The translations under genes were made by a program, and so were the position numbers. The notes under the pieces are model-generated. The model did no database searches. It was given only the letters and a program-made list of their open reading frames with translations, and had not been told where the DNA came from. Below, piece by piece: positions 18,143 through 26,248 of a DNA stretch of 64,000 nt; the stretch's first letter is position 1; each line of letters begins with the position of its first letter. Source of the stretch: an uncultured Thermotogaceae bacterium (GTDB lineage Bacteria; Bipolaricaulota; Bipolaricaulia; Bipolaricaulales; Bipolaricaulaceae); assembly GCA_964429165.1 (NCBI GenBank), contig CAYSAN010000006.1, forward strand, positions 7,118 to 71,117, written 5' to 3'.

Positions 18143-18421
18143 TCAGCCGCCACTGATGGGGGTGAAGAAGGTCAGCACGTCCCCGTCCGAAAGCCTGGTG
18201 GACAAGCCGCCCAGATTGTTCACGTTCTGCCCGTTTAAAAACACGTGCAGGTGGTCCCGTATGTTGTCCTCAGAGAAAAGGAGGGGGGCAAGCGCCGGGT
18301 ATCGCGCGGAAAGGGCTTTTAGCGCGTGCAGGCAATCCACGCCGCCTGGAAGGTCCAAAAACACCGTATCCGTCCCCAACGCTTCGCGAAACTCCCCAAA
18401 GAGCTTCACTTGCACCTGCAT
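18143..18421 (-). CDS. MoaD/ThiS-family sulfur-carrier protein (C-terminal Gly-Gly)
   Basis: 92 aa, beta-grasp-like, ends ...FFTPISGG; start ATG overlaps the rarA stop (ATGA). Confidence 0.75.
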   Translation of the reverse strand: MQVQVKLFGEFREALGTDTVFLDLPGGVDCLHALKALSARYPALAPLLFSEDNIRDHLHVFLNGQNVNNLGGLSTRLSDGDVLTFFTPISGG

Positions 18422-19716
18422 CAGCCCTTCTCCCCTCGGATTTTAGCTCGCAGTTCCCGGAGCCGCTCGCGCATGCGGCCCTCCCAGCCCCGCTCCGTGG
18501 GCTGGAAGTACTCCCGTCCCTGCAGGCCGGGGGGCAAGCAGGGCATGGACGCCACCCCCTCCGGCAGGTCATGGGCATATTGGTAGCCCTGCCCATAACC
18601 AAGGGTGCGCATGACGTCCGTCACGGGATTGCGCAAGTGGAGGGGAACCGCTTCGTTTATGGTTTCCTGTACATCGGCGCGCACGGCCAGCTGGGCCCGG
18701 TATAAAGCGTTGGATTTGGGAGCCAAGGCCAGATAGACCGCGGCCTGGGCCAAGGCCAGCTCGGCCTCCGGCAGGCCCACGTACTCCACAGCCTGGGCCG
18801 CAGACAGGGCGTGGCTCAAGGCCCAAGGATCGGCTAAACCGATGTCTTCGGAGGCCATGCGGATGAGCCTCCGCGCGATGTACCGCGGATCCTCCCCGGC
18901 CTCCAACATCCGCACAAGCCAATAAAGCGCGGCGTCCACATCGGAGTTGCGCACGGATTTGTGGAGGGCGGAAATGAGGTTGTAGTGCTCCTCTCCGGCG
19001 CGATCGTAGTGGAGGGCCTTGGGCCCCAGGACCTGTCGCAGCTTGGGGAGGTCGATCTCCCCGGGGCCCAGGGCCTCCACCGCCGTCTCCAAGGCATTGA
19101 GGAGGCGGCGGGCATCCCCATCGGCCCGGCGGACGAGGAGTTCTGCCGCCTCGGGGGTCAAGGAAACCCGCCCCCCATAGCCGCGGGGGTCCACCAGCGC
19201 CCGCTGCAGAAGGACGCGCAGGTCCTGGGGGGAAAGGGGGTCGAACACAAAAAGCTGGGCGCGGGAAAGGAGAGCCGAGCGCAACACAAAAGAGGGGTTC
19301 TCCGTGGTGGCGCCGATGAAGTACACCGAGCCCTCCTCCAGATAGGAAAGAAGCACGTCCTGTTGAGCCCGATTCCAGCGGTGGATCTCGTCGAGGAAGA
19401 GGAGGTCCCGCGCGCCTGTGCGGCGCCAGAGGTCCCGGGAGGCCTCCAGGACCTGGCGCACCTCGGAGACCGTGGCCAGGGCCGCGGATTTCTGGACGAA
19501 CTTGGCCCCGAATCTTTGAGCGATGATGCGGCCCACCGTGGTTTTGCCCGTGCCGGGCGGGCCCCAAAAAATGAGGGGCACGGAGAGCCCCCCGGCGATC
19601 AGGGCCCGCAGGGGACCCGTGGGGCCCAACAGGTGGGCCTGCCCCACCACCTCCTCCAGGTCCCGGGGGCGGAGCCGTTCGGCCAAAGGAGGACGCCCCT
19701 GCCAAAGCCCCTCCAT
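18421..19716 (-). CDS. rarA: replication-associated recombination protein A (RarA/MgsA AAA+ ATPase)
   Basis: GPPGTGKTT Walker A, AAA+ fold and MgsA C-terminal helical domains. Confidence 0.9.
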   Translation of the reverse strand: MEGLWQGRPPLAERLRPRDLEEVVGQAHLLGPTGPLRALIAGGLSVPLIFWGPPGTGKTTVGRIIAQRFGAKFVQKSAALATVSEVRQVLEASRDLWRRTGARDLLFLDEIHRWNRAQQDVLLSYLEEGSVYFIGATTENPSFVLRSALLSRAQLFVFDPLSPQDLRVLLQRALVDPRGYGGRVSLTPEAAELLVRRADGDARRLLNALETAVEALGPGEIDLPKLRQVLGPKALHYDRAGEEHYNLISALHKSVRNSDVDAALYWLVRMLEAGEDPRYIARRLIRMASEDIGLADPWALSHALSAAQAVEYVGLPEAELALAQAAVYLALAPKSNALYRAQLAVRADVQETINEAVPLHLRNPVTDVMRTLGYGQGYQYAHDLPEGVASMPCLPPGLQGREYFQPTERGWEGRMRERLRELRAKIRGEKG

Positions 19717-19739
19717 CCCATGGGCATTCTACCCGAACC

Positions 19740-19769
19740 TTGACAGGGTGAGCGCGCGGCCGCTATGAT
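19740..19769 (+). promoter_or_regulatory. sigma70 consensus promoter for the tRNA operon (TTGACA-18-TATGAT), TSS expected at about the first tRNA 5' end
   Basis: ttgaca gggtgagcgcgcggccgc tatgat cgttta | gggccg... Confidence 0.6.
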
Positions 19770-19775
19770 CGTTTA

Positions 19776-19848
19776 GGGCCGTTAGCTCAACCGGTAGAGC
19801 AGCGGACTCTTAATCCGCGGGCTGGGGGTTCGAGTCCTCCACGGCCCA
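19776..19848 (+). tRNA. tRNA-Lys (anticodon CTT)
   Basis: Manual cloverleaf: acceptor gggccgt/acggccc, anticodon loop cuCUUaa, TTCGAGT T-loop. Confidence 0.8.
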
Positions 19849-19860
19849 TTTCCTTTCTGG

Positions 19861-19933
19861 GGGTCGTTAGCTCAGTCGGTAGAGCACCGGCCTTTTAAGC
19901 CGGGGGCCGCAGGTTCGATTCCTGCACGACCCA
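19861..19933 (+). tRNA. tRNA-Lys (anticodon TTT)
   Basis: Acceptor gggtcgt/acgaccc, anticodon loop cuUUUaa, TTCGATT T-loop. Confidence 0.8.
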
Positions 19934-19936
19934 CTC

Positions 19937-20011
19937 GTCCCCGTCGTCTAGGCAGGCCCAGGACACCGGGCTTTCAATCCGGAAACGGGGGTTCGAATCC
20001 CCCCGGGGACA
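19937..20011 (+). tRNA. tRNA-Glu (anticodon TTC)
   Basis: Acceptor gtccccg/cggggac, anticodon loop cuUUCaa, GGTTCGAATCC. Confidence 0.8.
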
Positions 20012-20014
20012 GAG

Positions 20015-20086
20015 GGGCGAGTAGCTCAGGGGCAGAGCATCCGGCTTACATCCGGAAGGCCAGAGGTTCGAATCCTCTCTCGCCCA
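20015..20086 (+). tRNA. tRNA-Val (anticodon TAC)
   Basis: Acceptor gggcgag/ctcgccc, anticodon loop cuUACau, GGTTCGAATCC. Confidence 0.75.
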
Positions 20087-20129
20087 GAGCTTGGCCCCCT
20101 CCCCACCCCAGGGTACAATGGACACGGAC

Positions 20130-20205
20130 GGGGACGTGGTGTAGCCCGGACTAACACACCGGATTGTCACTCCGGAGAGCGCGGGTTCAAATCCCGTCGT
20201 CCCCG
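20130..20205 (+). tRNA. tRNA-Asp (anticodon GTC)
   Basis: Acceptor ggggacg/cgtcccc, anticodon loop uuGUCac, GGTTCAAATCC. Confidence 0.8.
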
Positions 20206-20208
20206 CCC

Positions 20209-20281
20209 GGCGAGGTAGCTCAGGTGGTAGAGCACCCGGCTGAAAACCGGGGTGTCCCCAGTTCGACTCTGGGCCTCGCCA
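20209..20281 (+). tRNA. tRNA-Phe (anticodon GAA)
   Basis: Acceptor ggcgagg/cctcgcc, anticodon loop cuGAAaa, AGTTCGACTCT. Confidence 0.8.
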
Positions 20282-20296
20282 TGTGCCTTCTCCACC

Positions 20297-21637
20297 ATGG
20301 GCCGGCCCTTAGAGGAGATATGGGCACAGGTGCGGCAGGATTTGGCTGAGGAAATCCCGCCCACCAGTTTTGCTGCCTGGTTTTCCGGGGTGCGCGCCCG
20401 CGCGGATGGCGCAGAGCTCGTGCTGGAAGTGCCCTCCTCCTTCGCCAAGCTGGCCATCGAGCAGAAATACCAAGAGCTTCTGGACCGCCTCTTTGCCGCG
20501 GCCCTGGGAAAACCTGTGCCCTGGCGCATTGAGGTCGTGCCCCAGGCGGAGATCTCCCCCCCTGAACTGGGGGCCCATCCGCTGCCCTCCTATGTGCGCC
20601 GCTACGTGGGCTCCCTCCCCCTTAACCCCGAGTACACATTTGAGACCTTTGTGCGCGGAAAGAACTCGGAGCTGGCCTTTGCCGCGTCCCAAGCGGTGGC
20701 CAGCTCCCCCGCCCGGGCCTACAACCCCCTGTTCATCTACGGAAAAGTCGGGCTGGGCAAGACCCACCTCCTGCAGGCCATCGGCAACTATGCCCTCAAA
20801 TCCCACGCAAACCTGACCGTGGCTTATACCACCTCCGAGCGCTTCACCATCGAGCTCATCCAGGCCATTGGCACCAACACCACGGACCAATTCCGCTCTC
20901 GCTACCGCACGGTGGACGTCCTGCTTATCGATGACGTGCATTTTTTGCGCAATAAGGAGGGAACCCAAGAGGAGCTCTTCCACACCTTCAATGAGCTCTA
21001 CGGGAACAGTAAGCAGATCGTGCTTTCCTCCGATCGCCCCCCGGAGGAGCTCCAAGGGCTACAGGATCGGTTGATCTCGCGCTTCCGCTGGGGCCTTGTG
21101 GTGGATATCCAACCGCCGGACTTGGAAACACGCATGGCCATTCTGCGGGAGAAGACTCGCCGCCGGGGCGTGCTGGTCCCAGACACGATCCTGGAGATGA
21201 TCGCTTCCCGCATCGCCACCAACGTGCGCGACCTGGAGGGCGCGCTCATTCGCGTTATCGCCTATCTGGAGCTGGGCCAGGGCCCGCTTACGCCCACCAT
21301 TCTGGAGGCCATCCTGCCCAAGGAAGAGCGCCCGCAAAAACTCACCATCCAGGCCATCAAGGAGGAGGTGGCAGCGTACTACCGGGTGCCCCTGGAGGAG
21401 TTGGACGGCCCCTCGCGCAAGAAGGAGGTAGCCTTCGCCCGCCAAATCGCAATCTATTTGGCGCGGGAGCTAACGGATAGCTCGTTTCCGGCCCTGGGCA
21501 AAGCATTCGGGGGTCGGGACCACACCACCGCCATGCACGCCTATCAAAAAGTGCAGGAGCTCTTGCGGGATGCCCCTCTTCTGCGCGCCGAGATCGATGA
21601 ACTTCGGGGCCGCCTGTCGGCCAAGTACAGCCGGTGA
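20297..21637 (+). CDS. dnaA: chromosomal replication initiator DnaA (start at ATG 20297; the table ORF start at 20252 lies inside tRNA-Phe)
   Basis: Domain I, AAA+ domain with GKVGLGKTHL Walker A, domain IV helix-turn-helix (FGGRDHTTAMHAY). Confidence 0.95.
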   Translation: MGRPLEEIWAQVRQDLAEEIPPTSFAAWFSGVRARADGAELVLEVPSSFAKLAIEQKYQELLDRLFAAALGKPVPWRIEVVPQAEISPPELGAHPLPSYVRRYVGSLPLNPEYTFETFVRGKNSELAFAASQAVASSPARAYNPLFIYGKVGLGKTHLLQAIGNYALKSHANLTVAYTTSERFTIELIQAIGTNTTDQFRSRYRTVDVLLIDDVHFLRNKEGTQEELFHTFNELYGNSKQIVLSSDRPPEELQGLQDRLISRFRWGLVVDIQPPDLETRMAILREKTRRRGVLVPDTILEMIASRIATNVRDLEGALIRVIAYLELGQGPLTPTILEAILPKEERPQKLTIQAIKEEVAAYYRVPLEELDGPSRKKEVAFARQIAIYLARELTDSSFPALGKAFGGRDHTTAMHAYQKVQELLRDAPLLRAEIDELRGRLSAKYSR

Positions 21638-21850
21638 ATCCACAGCCCCCTGTGGATAACCCTGGGGGGAAACCCGCCGTGACCTGTGGAAAACTCCGGA
21701 GGTCCTGGGGAAAACCACGGTGGACAAGCGCCAGTAACGATTGTCCACAGCTGGTTTCCAAAGCCGTTCCCACCATATCCACAAGCTATCCCCCCGGTTG
21801 TCCACAGGCCATGAAGCTCATCCCATATGCGTTCTTCCGAGTTATCCACA
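21636..21850. other. candidate oriC: cluster of 8 DnaA-box-like 9-mers immediately downstream of dnaA
   Basis: gaATCCACA 21636-44 (+), TGTGGATAA 21651-59 (perfect, -), TGTGGAAAA 21685-93 (-), ggTGGACAA 21719-27 (-, weak), TTgTCCACA 21741-49 (+), aTATCCACA 21775-83 (+), TTgTCCACA 21798-806 (+), TTATCCACA 21842-50 (perfect, +). Confidence 0.7.
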
Positions 21851-21893
21851 GCGACCACGTTGCCCCTACAACTCCTCCTTCCGAAAAAAGGAC

Positions 21894-22397
21894 ATGAGAG
21901 AGCACCATCTGCTGGAGGGTTTGCTTTCTGGCCCCGCATGGGAGGAGCAGCAAGCGGTCCTACGCTGGCGGGCCGTGGTGGGCGAAAATCTGGCCCGCCT
22001 GGCCAGACCTCTGTATGTGGAAAAGGGCACCCTGCACTTGGCCGTGACGAGCCCCGTGGTGGCCACCGAGCTTCGCCTATGGACGGAGGAGCTCCTCAAC
22101 CGGCTAGGAAAACTCGCGCCCAAAAGCGAAGTGCGCCGTTTTCGCTTTCATCTCGTCCCCGCACGGGAACAGGAGGACAAGCCTTTGGAGCCCGGGATAG
22201 CTGAGCTGAACAGGGCTGAGGCGGCAATCCCTCACGATCTGTCCCCCGGGCTTCGGGAACGACTGGTGCAGGTCATGGCCCAGGCCTTGGCCCAAGAGGC
22301 CGCGATTTTGCGCCAGGGAGGGCGGCGCTGTGCTTCCTGTGGGGTGGCCTTTTTGGCCGAGGGCGATCTCTGTCCTCTTTGTCGCTTGGGGGGTTAG
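21894..22397 (+). CDS. dciA: DUF721/DciA-like protein (candidate helicase-loading factor) with C-terminal CxxC..CxxC (start at internal ATG; table ORF starts 21741 and overlaps the DnaA boxes)
   Basis: ~167 aa; pattern WRAVVGENLARLARPLYVEKGTLHLAVTSPVVATELRLWTEELL matches my recollection of the DUF721 core; its position next to dnaA/oriC is typical. Confidence 0.6.
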   Translation: MREHHLLEGLLSGPAWEEQQAVLRWRAVVGENLARLARPLYVEKGTLHLAVTSPVVATELRLWTEELLNRLGKLAPKSEVRRFRFHLVPAREQEDKPLEPGIAELNRAEAAIPHDLSPGLRERLVQVMAQALAQEAAILRQGGRRCASCGVAFLAEGDLCPLCRLGG

Positions 22398-22457
22398 CTG
22401 GTTGCCCAACGCTCCAGCGTTGAGTATGGTTCACCTCATATTGCAGGGGCGGTGGCC

Positions 22458-24368
22458 ATGGCCAAGGTGATCCTTCCCAGCGGAGAGGTGGTAGAGGCCC
22501 AAGGAATCCCACTTCTTGCGCTCTTGGGTGCCAAGGGAGAGGAGGGGGTGGGCGCCCTGTGGAATGGTGAGGTTTTGGACCTGCGGGATCCCATCCCGCC
22601 CCAGGGAGAAATAAAAGTCCTCACCCTTGCGGACCCCGCGGGGCTGGAGGTCCTCCGCCACACCGCGGCCCATGTCCTGGCTCATGCGGTCACACGGCTT
22701 TTCCCCAGCACAAAACTGGCCATCGGCCCCGCCATCGCCGATGGGTTTTACTATGATTTTCTCTTTCCCCACCCCATCACTCACGAGGACCTGCCGCGCA
22801 TTGAGGAGGAGATGCGCAAAATTGTTGCCGCGGATTTTCCAGTGGAACGCATCTGGCTTTCCCGCGAAGAGGCGGAAAAGCTTCTCCGGGAGCGGGGGGA
22901 GGACTACAAGCTCGAGCTCCTTGGGGAAATACCCGGGGACAGGATCTCCTTCTATCGCCAGGGCGAGTTTTTAGACCTCTGCCGCGGGCCCCATCTTCCT
23001 TCCACTGGGGGTGTCCGGCACTACAAGCTTCTGGAATTGGCGGGAGCTTACTGGCGGGGTGATCCCACGCGGGACATGCTCACGCGTATCTACGGCACCG
23101 CATTTCCCAGCGCCGAAGAACTGGAAAAATACTTGAGCTGGCGCGAGGAAGCACGCCGGCGGGATCACCGCACCCTCGGTCCCCACCTCGATCTTTTCTC
23201 CATGCAAAACGATATGATTGGGGCAGGCCTTGTCCTTTGGCATCCCAAGGGGGCAAGGATCCGCCGGCTCATCGAGGACTTCTGGGTGGCTGAGCACTAC
23301 AAAGCTGGTTACCAGCTCGTCTATACCCCGCATATCGGGCGCACCCGGCTCTGGCAAATCTCCGGCCACCTGGACTTCTACCGGGAGAGCATGTACGCCC
23401 CCATCGCCATCGAGGAACAGGAGTTCTTCCTCAAGCCCATGAACTGTCCCTTTCATATCGCCATTTACAAAACCAAGACCCGCTCCTACCGGGAACTTCC
23501 CATCCGCTATTGCGAACTGGGCACGGTGTACAGGTTCGAGCGCTCCGGGGTTCTTCATGGGCTTTTGCGGGTGCGGGGCTTCACCCAGGATGATGCCCAC
23601 ATCATCTGCAGGCCAGATCAGGTGGAGGAGGAGATCAAAAGCGTGCTGAGATTTGCGCTCTACATCCTGCGTTCGTTTGGATTCGCCACGTTCACAGCTT
23701 ACCTTTCCACCCGACCGGAGAAATTCATTGGGGCCCCACAGGATTGGGACAGGGCCACGGAGGCCTTGCGTAAAGCCGCGGAGGAGGAGGGCCTTTCCTA
23801 CGAGATCAAGGCTGGGGAGGGGGCATTCTATGGGCCCAAAATCGATTTGGAGGTTCAGGACTCCCTCAAACGCCCATGGCAGCTCACCACCATCCAATTT
23901 GATTTCAACCTGCCGGAGCGCTTCGACATGACCTTCATCGGGCCTGATGGGCGGGAACATCGGCCCTACATGATCCACCGCGCGCTGTTGGGGTCCCTGG
24001 AGCGGTTCTTTGGGATCCTGATCGAACATTATGGCGGGGCTTTCCCTGTCTGGCTCGCCCCTGTGCAGGCTGTGGCTCTACCTGTGAGCAAGAACGAGAT
24101 CGGTTACGCCGAGGAAGTGGCGGCCAAGCTCATGGCTGAAGGAATTCGCGCGGAGGCCTGGACCAGGGAGGGCAAAACCCTGAGCTGGCTTGTGCGCGAG
24201 GCGCAAGTTCAGAAGATTCCATACATGCTTATTTGTGGGCCGCGAGAGGCAGCGGAGGGGAAGGTGGCTGTGCGTCTGCGCACCGGCGAAGACCTCGGTC
24301 CTGCGCCGTTTTCTGACGTGGCCGCCCGGATCAAAGCCGCTTCCTCCACACGGGCCATGACGCTTTGA
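22458..24368 (+). CDS. thrS: threonine--tRNA ligase (ATG at 22458; in-frame GTG at 22452 is an alternative)
   Basis: TGS and second-additional-domain N-terminus, class II catalytic core, C-terminal anticodon-binding domain. Confidence 0.95.
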   Translation: MAKVILPSGEVVEAQGIPLLALLGAKGEEGVGALWNGEVLDLRDPIPPQGEIKVLTLADPAGLEVLRHTAAHVLAHAVTRLFPSTKLAIGPAIADGFYYDFLFPHPITHEDLPRIEEEMRKIVAADFPVERIWLSREEAEKLLRERGEDYKLELLGEIPGDRISFYRQGEFLDLCRGPHLPSTGGVRHYKLLELAGAYWRGDPTRDMLTRIYGTAFPSAEELEKYLSWREEARRRDHRTLGPHLDLFSMQNDMIGAGLVLWHPKGARIRRLIEDFWVAEHYKAGYQLVYTPHIGRTRLWQISGHLDFYRESMYAPIAIEEQEFFLKPMNCPFHIAIYKTKTRSYRELPIRYCELGTVYRFERSGVLHGLLRVRGFTQDDAHIICRPDQVEEEIKSVLRFALYILRSFGFATFTAYLSTRPEKFIGAPQDWDRATEALRKAAEEEGLSYEIKAGEGAFYGPKIDLEVQDSLKRPWQLTTIQFDFNLPERFDMTFIGPDGREHRPYMIHRALLGSLERFFGILIEHYGGAFPVWLAPVQAVALPVSKNEIGYAEEVAAKLMAEGIRAEAWTREGKTLSWLVREAQVQKIPYMLICGPREAAEGKVAVRLRTGEDLGPAPFSDVAARIKAASSTRAMTL

Positions 24369-24389
24369 TCATATGTAATCAGTTCCGCC

Positions 24390-25154
24390 ATGGAAAAGGA
24401 GCGGTACCTCAACACCTCACTGGCCAAAGCCCTGCGCGTTTTAGATCTGTTCAATAACGTGGAGAAAGGGCTCAGCCTGTCCCAGATCGCCGAGCTCATG
24501 GGGGTTCGCCCAGGGACCATCTACCCCATCGTCTACACCCTCACCAAATTTGGCTATCTCCAGCGGGATGGGGATACGAAAAGGTATCAGCTGGGGCTGC
24601 ACATCCTGGTCTTAGCGAACCAAATTTTGTCGTCCCTTGATATCCGGGAAAAAGCTAAACCAGTGCTGAAGCGCCTTGCTCGCCAACTGGAAGCCAACGC
24701 GCATCTTGCCATTCTCTACGAGGGAGAAGTTTTGTACTTGGACCGCGAGGAAGCCTCGCCGAGCGTGGTGATCCCTTCGGTGATCGGCCGGCGAGTTCCG
24801 CCCCATTGCACCGCGTTGGGGAAGGTGCTTTTGGCCTATGACCCCGAAGCTCTGGAGCTGGTTTTGGCCAAGGGGGCCTTGCCCGCGCTCACCCCGAACA
24901 CCATCACGGACCCGGCCCTTTTGCGACAGGAGTTGGAACGCGTGCGGCACCAAGGGCATGCCACGGATTGGGAGGAGTTCCACGAAGGAAATATTTGTGT
25001 CGCCGCTCCCGTACGTAACTATCGCGGGAAAGTGGTGGCCGCGATCTCGTTGTCCCTCCCCAAGGTCCGCCTTACCCATGACCCTTTGGGCGACTTCGTG
25101 CAAGCCGTGGTCCAAGGGGCGCAGGAGGTCTCCGCCGCCATGGGCTACGGCTGA
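24390..25154 (+). CDS. IclR-family transcriptional regulator
   Basis: N-terminal winged HTH (LSLSQIAELMGV), C-terminal IclR effector domain. Confidence 0.8.
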   Translation: MEKERYLNTSLAKALRVLDLFNNVEKGLSLSQIAELMGVRPGTIYPIVYTLTKFGYLQRDGDTKRYQLGLHILVLANQILSSLDIREKAKPVLKRLARQLEANAHLAILYEGEVLYLDREEASPSVVIPSVIGRRVPPHCTALGKVLLAYDPEALELVLAKGALPALTPNTITDPALLRQELERVRHQGHATDWEEFHEGNICVAAPVRNYRGKVVAAISLSLPKVRLTHDPLGDFVQAVVQGAQEVSAAMGYG

Positions 25155-25225
25155 TAAGGCGCATCAGCTTGTGGCCCCCGGGTTAAAGGCCCTAGCAGGG
25201 CCCCACGGGGGATATACTTTTCCCT

Positions 25226-26248
25226 GTGAAGATTTGCTTCATCGGATACGGAAAAGTGGGGTATGGGGTTGTGCAGGTGCTCCTCCGGCACAGGGCGTGG
25301 CTGAAGGACCGGTTTGCCTGCGTTCCCCAGATTGTGGCCGTACATGACATCCGCCGGGGGACAGTGTTTGCCCCTGACGGTTTAGATCTGGAGCGGTTGG
25401 CCTGGGCCTGGCGGGAGGACCGAGATCTTGCAGAGATTGGCCGAGGGGCCAAAGGTCTGGACGCTTTCCCTGTGATCCGGGAGTCCGGGGCCGACGTGGT
25501 TTTGGAGCTCACCCCCACGGATCTACGCACCGGCCAACCGGCCACAGGCCACATACGTTTTGCTCTCGCCTCCGGGAAGCACGTGGTGACCACAAACAAA
25601 GGGCCGGTGGCCCTGTTTGGCAAAGAGCTTTTGGCTTTGGCCAAAGAGAATGGTGTGCAGTTCAGGTTTGAGGGCACGGTCATGGCTGGGACCCCCCTCT
25701 TCTCCGTGGTGGACTTCTCCCTGGCAGCCCCTATCAGCCGCGTGCGCGGCATCCTCAACGGAACCACCAATTTCATCCTCACAAAAATGGAGGCTGGAAG
25801 CGGTTACGCCGAGGCGCTAGCGGAGGCCCAACGCCTGGGCTATGCCGAGACCGACCCCACCGCCGACGTGGAGGGATTCGATGCCCTGGCCAAGATCGTG
25901 ATCCTAGCCAACCTTGTTCTGAATGGAAATCTCCGGCCAAGCGATGTCCCATGCCGAGGCCTCACCACACTGGACCCCCAAGAAGTACAAAACGCGCCGA
26001 AACAAGGTTTTCGCTGGAAGCTTGTGGCTGAGGCGCGCCGCACCAAAGACGGGGTGGAAGCGAAAGTTGGGCCAGAGCGACTCCCTCTTTCCGACCCCCT
26101 GGCCCAGGTCAGCGGGGTTTTGAACGCCGTGGTGCTTGAGCTTGACCCGTTGGGAGCGATCACCGTGGTGGGACCGGGGGCTGGGCCAGAGATCACCGGA
26201 CACGCGGTTCTTTCGGACCTTTTGGCCATCCACCGGGGGCTGCGATGA
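25226..26248 (+). CDS. hom: homoserine dehydrogenase (GTG start)
   Basis: ICFIGYGKVGYGV NAD-binding N-terminus, homoserine dehydrogenase catalytic region. Confidence 0.85.
   Translation: MKICFIGYGKVGYGVVQVLLRHRAWLKDRFACVPQIVAVHDIRRGTVFAPDGLDLERLAWAWREDRDLAEIGRGAKGLDAFPVIRESGADVVLELTPTDLRTGQPATGHIRFALASGKHVVTTNKGPVALFGKELLALAKENGVQFRFEGTVMAGTPLFSVVDFSLAAPISRVRGILNGTTNFILTKMEAGSGYAEALAEAQRLGYAETDPTADVEGFDALAKIVILANLVLNGNLRPSDVPCRGLTTLDPQEVQNAPKQGFRWKLVAEARRTKDGVEAKVGPERLPLSDPLAQVSGVLNAVVLELDPLGAITVVGPGAGPEITGHAVLSDLLAIHRGLR

Noticed and set aside
20252-20296. Upstream extension of the dnaA ORF (table start 20252)
   Set aside because: Would begin inside tRNA-Phe; conserved DnaA N-terminus begins at ATG 20297.
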